From an uncultured Collinsella sp. (GTDB lineage: Bacteria > Actinomycetota > Coriobacteriia > Coriobacteriales > Coriobacteriaceae): 64,000 nt of DNA. Location: NCBI GenBank assembly GCA_902406155.1, contig CABPCW010000001.1, positions 8,272-72,271 of the forward strand, written 5' to 3'. The position numbers and the translations under genes are program-made. Below are positions 50,001 through 60,856 of the stretch, piece by piece; position 1 is the stretch's first letter; the number at the start of each line of letters is the position of its first letter. Under the pieces are notes generated by a model. The model was not told where the DNA came from, made no database searches, and was given only the letters and a program-made list of their open reading frames with translations.

Positions 50001-50342
50001 TTACTCCTCGGCGCCCTCAGCAGCCTCAGCGGCAGCCTTAGCGGCCTCGGCCTCTTTGGCGAGCTGCTTCTTGGACTTCTTGACGACGGTCTCGGTCTTC
50101 TCGCCCTCGTTGGCGGCCTTGACCAGAGCGGCGACGGCGTCGGTAAGCTGAGCGCCCTTGGACTGCCAGTCAGCAATCTTCTCGAGGTCGAGGTTGATGG
50201 TCTTGGGGGCGGTCATCGGATTGTAGCGGCCAACCTCCTCGATGATACGACCGTCACGCGGGGCGCGGGAATCGGCGACGACGACACGGTAGTACGGACG
50301 CTTCTTAGCGCCGTGACGAGCAAGGCGAATCTTGACTGCCAA
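50001..50342 (-). CDS. rpsP: 30S ribosomal protein S16
   Basis: (M)[34 protein letters not shown] start after GGAGG. Confidence 0.96.
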   Translation of the reverse strand: MAVKIRLARHGAKKRPYYRVVVADSRAPRDGRIIEEVGRYNPMTAPKTINLDLEKIADWQSKGAQLTDAVAALVKAANEGEKTETVVKKSKKQLAKEAEAAKAAAEAAEGAEE

Positions 50343-50543
50343 AGGAAACTCCTCCAACCAAGCAGCTTTAGGCTGCAACTACAAACAAACAGTTGAACAT
50401 AATACGCCATCGACGCGGGCAGGTGAAGTCCGTGAGACCAACTTCTTCGGTGTAGTCGAGGGCAAATCCATATCTTAGACAAGAATTCGCGATTTGCAAG
50501 CACATACACGCACCCCACATGAGCTGCGCGGTATACTCATGAC

Positions 50544-51800
50544 ATGGAAAGACGCGAACATACATACGGTTATGAGGATGCTGCAGGCGTTACGCCGCCG
50601 CCCTGGACGGGTCCGGCGGTGGGCCTGATGGACCTCGATGCATTTTTTGCGAGCGTGGAGATGCTCGATCATCCCGAATGGCGCGGCAAGCCGCTCATCG
50701 TGGGTGGTGATGCCGATTCCCGCGGCGTTGTGTCCACGTGTTCGTACGAGGCACGTCGCTTTGGCGTGCATTCCGCCATGCCCTCGGCCGAGGCACAGCG
50801 CCTCTGCCCGCAGGCCATTTGGACGCACGGACACTTTGATCGCTACCATGAGGTCAGCGCGCAGGTCATGGCGATTCTTGCCGATGAGACCCCGCGCGTG
50901 GAGCGCGTATCCATTGACGAAGCTTTTATCGATATCACGCCGGGCCGCTTTGCGCCCGAAGACCCGCTGCTGGTTGCGCGGCGTATTAGCGACCGCGTTG
51001 CGGCACTGGGGGTGACGTGCTCCATCGGCGTTGGGTGCAACAAGACCGTGGCCAAAATCGCAAGCGAGCGGGACAAGCCGTTTGGTCTGACCATTGTGCG
51101 CCCCGGTACGGAACAGCGCTTTTTGGCCGCGCTGCCGGTATCTGCCATGAGCGGAATCGGGCGTTCAGCCGAGGAGCGACTGCGTCGCATGCGCATCTAT
51201 ACGCTCGGCGAGCTTTCACGCGCGCCAGAATCCACCCTGGCTGCAATCTTTGGCGTGAATGGCGAGCGCATGCGTCAACGTGCTTTGGGGCTCGAAGTAT
51301 CCGAGGTCACCAGTCTGGATGAGGAACGTGAAGTTAAATCGGTGAGCAATGAGCGCACCTTTGCGAAGGATCTGACTGAACGTGGTGACATTGAGGCGGC
51401 GATCGAGCTGCTCGGCGAGTCGGTTGGGCGCCGCCTGCGTCGTCAAGGGCTGACAGGCGGAACCGTAACGCTCAAGCTCAAATACTCTTACGGCAGCGGA
51501 CGCACGGCACAGCGCCGCTTGCCCCACCCCACCGACGACGAGAATATCTTTGTGGCCGTAGCGCTCGAGCTGCTCGACAATATCTGGCAAGAAGGCATGC
51601 ACGTTCGTCTAGCGGGTATCGGCATGAGCGACTTCGACCACCAAGGCGGTATCCAAACCGACCTATTCTGCGAGATCGATGACCGCGGAGCCCAATCCAG
51701 CGACCGCCGCGACCTCTCCGTCGCCATCGACGCCGTCCGAGACAAATTCGGCGACACCGCCCTATCCTTCGGCCGCCAATCCCGCTTCTCCTCCCAATGA
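50544..51800 (+). CDS. dinB: DNA polymerase IV (Y family)
   Basis: DLDAFFASVE, CSYEARRFGV, SIDEAF, AKIAS..KPFG, KSVSNERTF. Confidence 0.95.
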   Translation: MERREHTYGYEDAAGVTPPPWTGPAVGLMDLDAFFASVEMLDHPEWRGKPLIVGGDADSRGVVSTCSYEARRFGVHSAMPSAEAQRLCPQAIWTHGHFDRYHEVSAQVMAILADETPRVERVSIDEAFIDITPGRFAPEDPLLVARRISDRVAALGVTCSIGVGCNKTVAKIASERDKPFGLTIVRPGTEQRFLAALPVSAMSGIGRSAEERLRRMRIYTLGELSRAPESTLAAIFGVNGERMRQRALGLEVSEVTSLDEEREVKSVSNERTFAKDLTERGDIEAAIELLGESVGRRLRRQGLTGGTVTLKLKYSYGSGRTAQRRLPHPTDDENIFVAVALELLDNIWQEGMHVRLAGIGMSDFDHQGGIQTDLFCEIDDRGAQSSDRRDLSVAIDAVRDKFGDTALSFGRQSRFSSQ

Positions 51801-51814
51801 TTTGCGTTTTGGGC

Positions 51815-51856
51815 AAAAAGAAAGCCGGGCAGCTGCAGGTAGCGCAACTGCCCGGC
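51815..51856 (-). terminator. Terminator between convergent dinB and rsfS
   Basis: gccgggcag/ctgcccggc stem plus tttcttttt on the minus strand. Confidence 0.75.
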
Positions 51857-51902
51857 GAGCGGTAGAAGGTGGCTCTAGAGAAGCCCCGGCCCAAATAAGG
51901 TC

Positions 51903-52358
51903 CTAGAGGAGGTTGAGGGGGAGCTGGGGAGCGTCGCCCCAGAGCTTCTCGAGGCGGTAGAAGTCGCGGGCCTCGGGGGTGAAGACGTGGACGACAACCG
52001 AGCCGTAATCCATGAGCATCCAGGTCTTCTGCTCGCGGCCCTCGATGGAGAACGGATGCTCACCGCAAGCCTCGGCGACCTTCTCCTCGATCTCGTCGAC
52101 GATAGAATCAACCTGACGGTTATTGGTACCGGTGGCGAGCACAAAGTAATCGCACACGTCGGAGAGCTCGGTCAGATCAAGCACCTGCACGTCCTCGCCT
52201 TTCTTGTCGTAGGCGGCCTGCGCGGCGGCGCGGGCGACATCCTCGGCGGCGACACCGCTCGTGGACAGCGAGGCAGCGGTGCGGTCGGACGTGGCAACGA
52301 AGCTCTTGTGCTCCACACCTTCAAGAATCTGCTCGTCGGTCATGGTCTCATCGGCCAT
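51903..52358 (-). CDS. rsfS: Ribosome silencing factor RsfS (Iojap)
   Basis: DKKGEDV, DYFVLATG, WMLMDYG..VHVF..RDFYRLEKLW. Confidence 0.93.
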   Translation of the reverse strand: MADETMTDEQILEGVEHKSFVATSDRTAASLSTSGVAAEDVARAAAQAAYDKKGEDVQVLDLTELSDVCDYFVLATGTNNRQVDSIVDEIEEKVAEACGEHPFSIEGREQKTWMLMDYGSVVVHVFTPEARDFYRLEKLWGDAPQLPLNLL

Positions 52359-52386
52359 GGAATACCTCTTTCTAGACACACCCGAG

Positions 52387-52995
52387 CTAGCGCAGCTGGG
52401 CGTAATGGTTGTAAATCGTAATAGCCGTGGGATAAAGATAACGCCCGGAATGGATCACGTAGACCAGACCCTGCGCAAAACAGGAGAAGAACAACTCGTC
52501 AAGCGTCGACTCCCCCACCATCTTGCGCAGCGCGATGGCATAATCACCATGGCGGTTGGGCTCGATGGCATCGGCCACAAAGACCACCATATCGAGCGGC
52601 GTCATGTCGCAGGCGCCCACGGTGTGACGGTCGACAGCCTGGAAAACAGCAGACGATAGCTCGGGAAAAAGCTGCGGAAGCTCATAGGCGGCTACCGGGC
52701 CATGCAGCAGCGGTGTCGCGGCCGAAGGAGAGCCGGCAACCTTAATGCCGTAGTGCAACGCGCGGGTCACGAGCTCGTCGTCGGAGAGCACCTTATCCCA
52801 GTCGTGAATCAGGCCGGCGGCGGCGGCATCAAAGCGGTCAACGCCGTAGACCTCGGCCAAATGAAGCGCGGTCTCGGCAACGCCCAGCGAATGCATGTAG
52901 CGCTTGCGCTTATCCTTCATACGCACATCAAGCAGCTCTTGAATGCGCTTAAGCAGCGCGCGCTCATCGCCTTCAAACTGATCCTCTACCGACAA
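52387..52995 (-). CDS. yqeK: HD-domain Ap4A hydrolase YqeK
   Basis: RYMHSLGV, LIHDWDK, LLHG, RHTVG, ADAIEPNR; follows nadD. Confidence 0.88.
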   Translation of the reverse strand: MSVEDQFEGDERALLKRIQELLDVRMKDKRKRYMHSLGVAETALHLAEVYGVDRFDAAAAGLIHDWDKVLSDDELVTRALHYGIKVAGSPSAATPLLHGPVAAYELPQLFPELSSAVFQAVDRHTVGACDMTPLDMVVFVADAIEPNRHGDYAIALRKMVGESTLDELFFSCFAQGLVYVIHSGRYLYPTAITIYNHYAQLR

Positions 52996-53007
52996 CGTAG
53001 ACCCCCA

Positions 53008-53685
53008 TCACTCAAAATCTTCTTGACCCAGATCGGTATACAGCCCGCGTTTACGAATATAGCCGAGCACGGACTCGCTCGTAAGATAGCGCACGCTCAT
53101 GCCACGGGCAACTCGCTTGCGAATGTTGGTCGAGCTAATCGCCAGCGCCGGAATCTGGATATAACGCACGTCAAACGGCAGGCCCGACTCTTTAATTCGC
53201 GCGCGAGCAGTATCGATATCAAAGCCCGGTCGCGTCGCCGCAATAAACGTGGCAAGCTCGGCGATTCGGTCGGCATCATGCCAGGTCACAATATCTATAA
53301 TCGCGTCAGCGCCCGTAATAAAGTAGAGCTTTACCTGAGGCGGGTAAAAGTCGCGAAGGGCATGAAGCGTATCGGCCGTATAGGTCACGCCCGGACGGTC
53401 GATCTCGAATCGGCTCGCCAAAAAAGCCGGATTCGCAGCGGTGGCGAGGACCGTCATGGCATAACGGTCCTCGGCAGGCGTCACCGGTTTGTCGAGCTTA
53501 AAGGCGGGAGAGCCGGCCGGCATAAAGAGCACGGCGTCCAAGTCGAGCGACTCGCGCGCCTGCTCGGCGGTAACCAAGTGCCCGTAGTGAATCGGGTCGA
53601 AGGTGCCACCCATGATGCCAAGCCGAAACTCCTGACCATCCTTGATAGGCAGCTCAGGCAGACCAATTCCACCGCGCAGCGACAT
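53008..53685 (-). CDS. nadD: Nicotinate-nucleotide adenylyltransferase
   Basis: GGTFDPIHYGH, YTADT, ITGAD, ISSTNIR. Confidence 0.95.
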   Translation of the reverse strand: MSLRGGIGLPELPIKDGQEFRLGIMGGTFDPIHYGHLVTAEQARESLDLDAVLFMPAGSPAFKLDKPVTPAEDRYAMTVLATAANPAFLASRFEIDRPGVTYTADTLHALRDFYPPQVKLYFITGADAIIDIVTWHDADRIAELATFIAATRPGFDIDTARARIKESGLPFDVRYIQIPALAISSTNIRKRVARGMSVRYLTSESVLGYIRKRGLYTDLGQEDFE

Positions 53686-53688
53686 GAC

Positions 53689-55170
<1,482 letters not shown>

Positions 55171-55174
55171 CTAC

Positions 55175-55217
55175 AAAAAGAGGGAGACCCTTGAATCCTA
55201 AAACTCAAGTGCCTCCC
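55175..55217 (-). terminator. Terminator between rpmA and obgE
   Basis: gggaggcacttga/tcaagggtctccc stem plus tcttttt. Confidence 0.65.
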
Positions 55218-55242
55218 ACATATGTGCTCTATGAAGGGTGAA

Positions 55243-55500
55243 TTACGCGTTCGCGAGCGGGCGTACGCTGACCCTGTGCTTGATACCCTTGTGGAACTCA
55301 ACGGTACCGTCGACCAGCGCGAACAGCGTGTCGTCCTTGCCACGGCCAACGTTCTCACCCGGGTGGATGTGAGTGCCGTGCTGACGGACGAGAATCGTGC
55401 CCGTGGTTACCGTCTGGCCGGCATAGCGCTTCGTGCCAAGGCGCTGACCGCGGGAGTCACGGCCATTACGGGAGGAACCGAGTCCTTTTTTGTGTGCCAT
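55243..55500 (-). CDS. rpmA: 50S ribosomal protein L27
   Basis: [28 protein letters not shown]. Confidence 0.97.
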   Translation of the reverse strand: MAHKKGLGSSRNGRDSRGQRLGTKRYAGQTVTTGTILVRQHGTHIHPGENVGRGKDDTLFALVDGTVEFHKGIKHRVSVRPLANA

Positions 55501-55533
55501 TGTGTATACCTACTCTTTCGTTACGAGTGTAAT

Positions 55534-55908
55534 CTACTCGGCGACGGGAGCCTCGGCAACAGCCTCGGCCTCTGCCTTGACAGCCTTCTTGGCGCGGGAC
55601 GTAGCCTGGACCTTCACGATCTTCAGCTTGGTGAGCTGCTGACGGTGACCCTTCAGACGACGATAGCGCTTACGCTTGTGGAACTTGAAGACCAGCTGCT
55701 TCTCGCCCTTGAACTGCTCAACGATCTGAGCAGTAACCTTGGCCTTGGCCAGCTTGTCGGGATCGGTGACGATCTTCTTACCATCGTTGAGGAAGATGAC
55801 CGGCAGGGTGACCTTGTCGCCCTCATTGCCCTCGATCTTCTCGACGGTGATGACATCGTCGGTGGCGACCTTGTACTGCTTGCCGCCCGTGTTAACGATT
55901 GCGTACAT
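55534..55908 (-). CDS. rplU: 50S ribosomal protein L21
   Basis: MYAIVNTGGKQYKV..GHRQ. Confidence 0.97.
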   Translation of the reverse strand: MYAIVNTGGKQYKVATDDVITVEKIEGNEGDKVTLPVIFLNDGKKIVTDPDKLAKAKVTAQIVEQFKGEKQLVFKFHKRKRYRRLKGHRQQLTKLKIVKVQATSRAKKAVKAEAEAVAEAPVAE

Positions 55909-55975
55909 GTTTACTTGCCCTTCATGCATCAGTTAGTGCAACAGCCGAATATAGTAGCAGGCGATAATACCCCCG

Positions 55976-56788
55976 TCAACGAGTATGTGGAGCAAATCCA
56001 CAAGTTCGCACAGGTATGGGGCTGACGAGTCGGCCCTCGTCGTCCTCGCATGCTTGATTCTGACGCTCGACATCGTAGGAGCAGATGGTCACGAGGTCTT
56101 GCATACCGGTGGAAACAATAGGTGCATCGACGCCCGGGGTCAAGCCCTGCAACAAAACATCAGCAGCAGAAAGCAAAATCTCCGGACGCATGGAGCCCTC
56201 GTTGTCGGCATGGGTGTCGAGCATGAGCACAAGATGGTCCGGACGCTCCCCCGCCGTGAGCTCATAGCCCACCAGTGTGTGGTCAAGGTCTAAGCGCTTG
56301 CTCTTCTTACCGCGTGCATAGTCGATGCCATGGCCTGCACGCAACGTGTCGATCGCGGCGCGTACCTCATCGGCGCTCACGGGCGCCTCGGGATCCAAGT
56401 GCAGGTCGATGCGATACGACAGGCGCGTGAGCTGCGCCGTCAGCGCCGGCGTGCGCACGTCGATGTAGGCAGCCTCGATAGGCGCCAGATCGGCAGGCGA
56501 TGCCGCCGCCAGGCGCTCAAAGGCCTCGTCGAGAGCGACGAACTCAGTCATAAACAGGTCGTACCATTCGCAGGTCGACGACGTGCCCACGGGCAGTGCC
56601 GACGAAAAGCCCACGCGCATATGCGGCGAGAAACCCTGTGTCACGGCATAGGGCAGGCCCGCACGGCGCACGATGCGCTCAATGGTATGGATTAGTTCCA
56701 GATGGCCCAGGTACTTGAGGCGATCACGCTTGCCGTAGCGAACGCGCAGCCTAAAGAGCGTGGGATTGTCGGTCAAGCGCTCACTCAT
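55976..56788 (-). CDS. Radical SAM-associated protein (TIGR03936/DUF2344-like)
   Basis: RVRYGK..YLGHLE..RRAGLP..QGFSPH..ALPVGTSS..E, RPE; overlaps the radical SAM gene stop. Confidence 0.85.
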   Translation of the reverse strand: MSERLTDNPTLFRLRVRYGKRDRLKYLGHLELIHTIERIVRRAGLPYAVTQGFSPHMRVGFSSALPVGTSSTCEWYDLFMTEFVALDEAFERLAAASPADLAPIEAAYIDVRTPALTAQLTRLSYRIDLHLDPEAPVSADEVRAAIDTLRAGHGIDYARGKKSKRLDLDHTLVGYELTAGERPDHLVLMLDTHADNEGSMRPEILLSAADVLLQGLTPGVDAPIVSTGMQDLVTICSYDVERQNQACEDDEGRLVSPIPVRTCGFAPHTR

Positions 56789-58662
56789 GCGCGATCACCC
56801 ATCAATACGTTCTTGGCGTGGAGCGTGGGACAGATTCCGCAACCGGTACACGACGTGCGGGTGCAGTCGGGCGTCGTGACGCCCTCGAGCGAGCGACGGT
56901 ACTCGCGCTCGAGGAAGCCGCGCGTGCAGCCGGGGCTCACATGCTCCCACGGCAGGCGCCAGTCCAACTCGTAGGGCAAGTGAACCAGCTCATTGAGGTC
57001 GATGCCGTTTTTGGCAGCAGCCTCCTTCCAGTTATCGAGCGAGAAATGCTCTACCCAGGCGTCAAAGCGAGAGCCAGCGCGCCAAGCATCGATGATGACG
57101 GGCGTCATGTCACGACCGGCGCGGGAGAGCGCGGCCTCGATGAGCGAGGTCTCGGCATCGTGGTAATGCACGCGGACGGCACGGTTGCGAACGCTCGTGA
57201 TAAGCAGTTTCTGGCGGCGCTTGACGTCGTCGTAATCGAGCTGCGGGCACCACTGGAAGGGCGTTGCCGCCTTGGGGATGAACACCGAAACCGAGATAGA
57301 CACCGAGATGGACCCGCGGCGCGCCTTGGGCACCACGGAGCGGCCAAGCTCCAGCACGTGATCGGCCAGGTTGGCGATAGCCACGATATCCTCGTCGCGC
57401 TCGCCGGGAAGGCCCATCATGAAGTAGAGCTTCATGCGGTTCCAGCCGGCCTCGAAGGCCGCCTTGGCCGCTCGGTCCAGGTCCTCCTCGGTCACGTTCT
57501 TGTTAATGATGTCGCGCATACGCTGGCTGCCCGCCTCGGGCGCGAACGTCAGGCCGCCCTTCTTTTCGCCGGCGACCGACTCGGCCATATCAACGCCAAA
57601 CGAATCCAAGCGCTGCGACGGAATGGACACGCGAATGCCCGTGTCCTCCAGACGACGGTTGAGCCTACCGAGCACGTCGCGGATGCAGGAGTGGTCGGTC
57701 GTCGAAAGCGAGGTAAGCGACACCTCGTCATAGCCAGTCTTTTCCAAGCCCTGGATCACCGATGACACGATCTGGTCGGCCGAGCGCTCGCGTACCGGAC
57801 GATACGTCATGCCTGCTTGGCAAAAACGGCAGCCGCGGGCGCAGCCACGCAAGATCTCGATAGACAGGCGATCGTGGACGAGCTGCGCATACGGCACACA
57901 CGACTGAGAAAGTGGATTGGTGGCACCAAAGTCCTCGACGACGCGCTTGTAGACTACCGGCGGGACGTCCTTGCCCTCGCGCGGCACGGTGTAGCCATGC
58001 GGGGAGCAGGGCTCGTCATAGCGCACCTCATACAGGGACGGCACATAGGTACCGGCGACCGTCGCGAGCTGCTCGACAATCTGAGCGCGCGAGATGCCCT
58101 CGTCGCGCAGGCGGCGATGCAGCTGGCAGATCTCGAGCAGCGACTCCTCGCCCTCGCCAATGAGGATGGCATCGAAAAAGGCCGCGTACGGCTCGGGGTT
58201 ATACACCGAGGGACCACCGGCGACGATGATGGGATCGTCCTCGGTACGGTCGGCAGCTAACAGCGGAATGCCAGCGAGATCGAGCGCTTCGAGGAAGTTT
58301 GTCACAGCCATCTCGTGCGGCACGTGCATGCCGACGATGTCGAACGATGCCACGGGCGCTGCGCCCTCGAGCGACAGCAGCGGAATCCCCGCCTCGCGCA
58401 TCGCATCGCCCATATCGGGCCACGGCACGTAGCCGCGCTCGCAGGAAATGCCCTCGGCCTGATTTAGGATGTTGTAGAGAATGGCGATGCCCTGGTTGGG
58501 CAGACCGACCTCATACACGTCCGGATAGATCATGCAGCAGCGATAGTCGGCATCGGCCTTTGAGAGCGTGCCCCACTCGTGGTCGATATAGCGACTCGGC
58601 TTCTCGACCTTGGCGAGCAGTGGCTCAATTAAATGAAAACAGTCTTGATACGGAACGCGCAA
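56785..58662 (-). CDS. TIGR03960-like B12-binding radical SAM protein
   Basis: VEKPSRY, PDVYEVG, GGP..NPEP, GEGEE, RGCARGCRFCQAG, TFAPEAG, KLYFMMGLP, FIPKAATPFQW; TTG start inferred. Confidence 0.88.
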   Translation of the reverse strand: MRVPYQDCFHLIEPLLAKVEKPSRYIDHEWGTLSKADADYRCCMIYPDVYEVGLPNQGIAILYNILNQAEGISCERGYVPWPDMGDAMREAGIPLLSLEGAAPVASFDIVGMHVPHEMAVTNFLEALDLAGIPLLAADRTEDDPIIVAGGPSVYNPEPYAAFFDAILIGEGEESLLEICQLHRRLRDEGISRAQIVEQLATVAGTYVPSLYEVRYDEPCSPHGYTVPREGKDVPPVVYKRVVEDFGATNPLSQSCVPYAQLVHDRLSIEILRGCARGCRFCQAGMTYRPVRERSADQIVSSVIQGLEKTGYDEVSLTSLSTTDHSCIRDVLGRLNRRLEDTGIRVSIPSQRLDSFGVDMAESVAGEKKGGLTFAPEAGSQRMRDIINKNVTEEDLDRAAKAAFEAGWNRMKLYFMMGLPGERDEDIVAIANLADHVLELGRSVVPKARRGSISVSISVSVFIPKAATPFQWCPQLDYDDVKRRQKLLITSVRNRAVRVHYHDAETSLIEAALSRAGRDMTPVIIDAWRAGSRFDAWVEHFSLDNWKEAAAKNGIDLNELVHLPYELDWRLPWEHVSPGCTRGFLEREYRRSLEGVTTPDCTRTSCTGCGICPTLHAKNVLMGDRA

Positions 58663-58672
58663 CGGAAAACCC

Positions 58673-59602
58673 CTAAGCAGCGAGATCGGATGCGTCTTGG
58701 TAGGACGCCATAGGACGGGTGGCACCGGCGACCGTGGTCACCAGGTCGCGAACGCGCGAGAACGTGGCGGCAGCGACCTCGTTGGCGCGGCTGTAGTCGA
58801 CATCGCGCTCGTAGAGCGACACGAGCGCGCGACCCATGCCATAGGTACCCGCGGCGGCGGTAAGCGCCTTAACGGCAAAGCCGATGTGCGGCGTCCGCTT
58901 CACCAATGCGCGGGTAACAGCGCGAATCATCAGACCGCCGGCGAGCACGCCTGCGACCTCGTAGCCGCGCTCGGGCTTAATGCCGCGTCCAAAGATGGCC
59001 GCGAGCTCAAAGAGCATGCCCACCTGCGCCAGCGCCATCACGGGATAGTCGGCACCCGGCAAAAACACCAGGGCGCCCGTCGCCATGTTGGTGAGCGCGC
59101 ACGAGGTAATGATGCGATTTGCCGCCGCGATGCGCATAAAGGCAAAGTTGGCGGCAAAAGCCGTCTCCTTGTCCGTACGATCGAGAATCCAGCGGGCAAG
59201 CGTCTCGAGCAGATACGTCTTATCGGTTGCCGCCACCACGCCGAGCATGGGTGTGGACTCCTCGATAAACGGCACCTCCACAGCAGACTCGGCAAGCACG
59301 CACACGGGCGCGCCGGCGATCACGAGCTCCTGCACGGCACTCTCCAGGCGGTCGGAGCCGCACGAGAGGACCAACACCACATCGGTATCGGCCTTGGGAA
59401 CGATACGGTTCTCCCCCAGGCGATCAACACGCACAATGCCCGAAGTCGTCTGCGGCACAAAGGCATCGCGCACCGTCTCGACCAAAAAGCGAGACGCAGT
59501 CGAATCAAGGTAAACCGAGACACGCACCGGTGTATCGGAATCCTTCTTAACAGACGCGCCCATCTTAAAAGCGCTGGTCAACTTATCTACGGGAATCTTC
59601 AT
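58673..59602 (-). CDS. Hypothetical protein: N-terminal alpha/beta domain, C-terminal DUF697/YcjF-like helical hydrophobic domain
   Basis: Fills the rodA-rSAM gap with RBS; C-terminal LPGADYPV..QVGM..LAAIFG..PHIG..A.TYGMG pattern. Confidence 0.7.
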   Translation of the reverse strand: MKIPVDKLTSAFKMGASVKKDSDTPVRVSVYLDSTASRFLVETVRDAFVPQTTSGIVRVDRLGENRIVPKADTDVVLVLSCGSDRLESAVQELVIAGAPVCVLAESAVEVPFIEESTPMLGVVAATDKTYLLETLARWILDRTDKETAFAANFAFMRIAAANRIITSCALTNMATGALVFLPGADYPVMALAQVGMLFELAAIFGRGIKPERGYEVAGVLAGGLMIRAVTRALVKRTPHIGFAVKALTAAAGTYGMGRALVSLYERDVDYSRANEVAAATFSRVRDLVTTVAGATRPMASYQDASDLAA

Positions 59603-59620
59603 GGCAAACCCCTCCAGCGG

Positions 59621-60847
59621 TTACGCGGCGCCCGAACGATGCCGCCATATGGATTGTACGATACCCACCGTCAGCAACTGAATCATCATCGACGACGAAC
59701 CAAAACTAATAAACGGCAGCGGAATACCGGTAATCGGCATCATGCCAATGCACATGCCGATGTTCTCGAAGGTCTGGAACGCCCACATGCCGACGATGCC
59801 CACGCACGATAGGCGCAAGAACAACGACTCGCACTTAAAGGCAACGCGGATCGTCGAGAAGATCAGCAGCACGTAGAGGCACAGGAGCAAAAAGGAGCCG
59901 CAGAAGCCGAAGGTCTCGGAAAGGAAGGCAAAGACGAAGTCGGTGTGGAACTCGGGCAGAAAGCCGCCGGCCGACTGCGTCGCGTGGCCCAGGCCCTTAC
60001 CAAAGAAGCCACCCGAGCCGACGGCAATGAGCGACTGCTGAAGGTTGTAGGCATCATCCGAATTGGCATTGTCGGGGTCGATGAAGACCGTCAGACGGTT
60101 CATCTGATACTGCTTGATAAGCACGTCGTGGCCAAGGAGCGAATCAAAGACCGAGTCGAGCGCCAAGATGAGCGCAATCAAACCAACCAGCAGGGCCAAG
60201 GTCGACAGCACCCATTCGCGGCGTGCACCGCTCATGCAGATGACGATGGCACCCGAGACCAGCACGACCAGGCCCGAGCCCAGATCGCCCATGGCGACGA
60301 CGGCCAAAAACGGGATGGACAGCATACCGCAGAGCTTGACGTAGTCGCGAACGGTATCGATGCGGCCGTTGTATTGCGAGCCAAGCGTGGCGATAAAGAA
60401 GATGGTGATGAGCTTGGCAAGCTCAACGGGCTGGAAGGTCAGGCCGATACCGGGGATCTTGATCCAGCCCGTCATGCCCAGACCGCCCGTATAGGACAGG
60501 CCCGGAATCTTGGGCGAGAAGATCACGATCAGGTCAATGACGAGCAGCGCCGTCGAGAAATTGGAAATGCCACGCAGGTCGGTGCGCCAGACGAGCACCG
60601 CCAGCACCGCGCCAATGCCAATACCCAGCAGGTGGCGCGAGAACGAGGCATCGGCCTTAAACTGCGAAGCCGACCAAATAATGATGGCGCCATAGGCAAC
60701 GAGTGCGACGGTAGCCAGCAGCACACCGATGTGTACCTTCTGGCGAAACGTGCCGCGCGAGGCCGAGAGCTGCTTGTTAACGCGGTCCAGGCTGCTGCGG
60801 GAGCCGGTCTTGGTTGAGCGGAACAGGTCCGCCGGCGAAAAGTCCAT
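59621..60847 (-). CDS. rodA: SEDS peptidoglycan glycosyltransferase RodA
   Basis: FQPVELAK, DLG, QSLIAVGSGG, PEFHTDF, PITGIPLPFISFG. Confidence 0.93.
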   Translation of the reverse strand: MDFSPADLFRSTKTGSRSSLDRVNKQLSASRGTFRQKVHIGVLLATVALVAYGAIIIWSASQFKADASFSRHLLGIGIGAVLAVLVWRTDLRGISNFSTALLVIDLIVIFSPKIPGLSYTGGLGMTGWIKIPGIGLTFQPVELAKLITIFFIATLGSQYNGRIDTVRDYVKLCGMLSIPFLAVVAMGDLGSGLVVLVSGAIVICMSGARREWVLSTLALLVGLIALILALDSVFDSLLGHDVLIKQYQMNRLTVFIDPDNANSDDAYNLQQSLIAVGSGGFFGKGLGHATQSAGGFLPEFHTDFVFAFLSETFGFCGSFLLLCLYVLLIFSTIRVAFKCESLFLRLSCVGIVGMWAFQTFENIGMCIGMMPITGIPLPFISFGSSSMMIQLLTVGIVQSIWRHRSGAA

Positions 60848-60856
60848 CGCAACCTC

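Noticed and set aside
55501..55533. Missing prp (ysxB) between rplU and rpmA
   Set aside because: Expected: L27 starts MAHKK with no cleavable N-terminal extension
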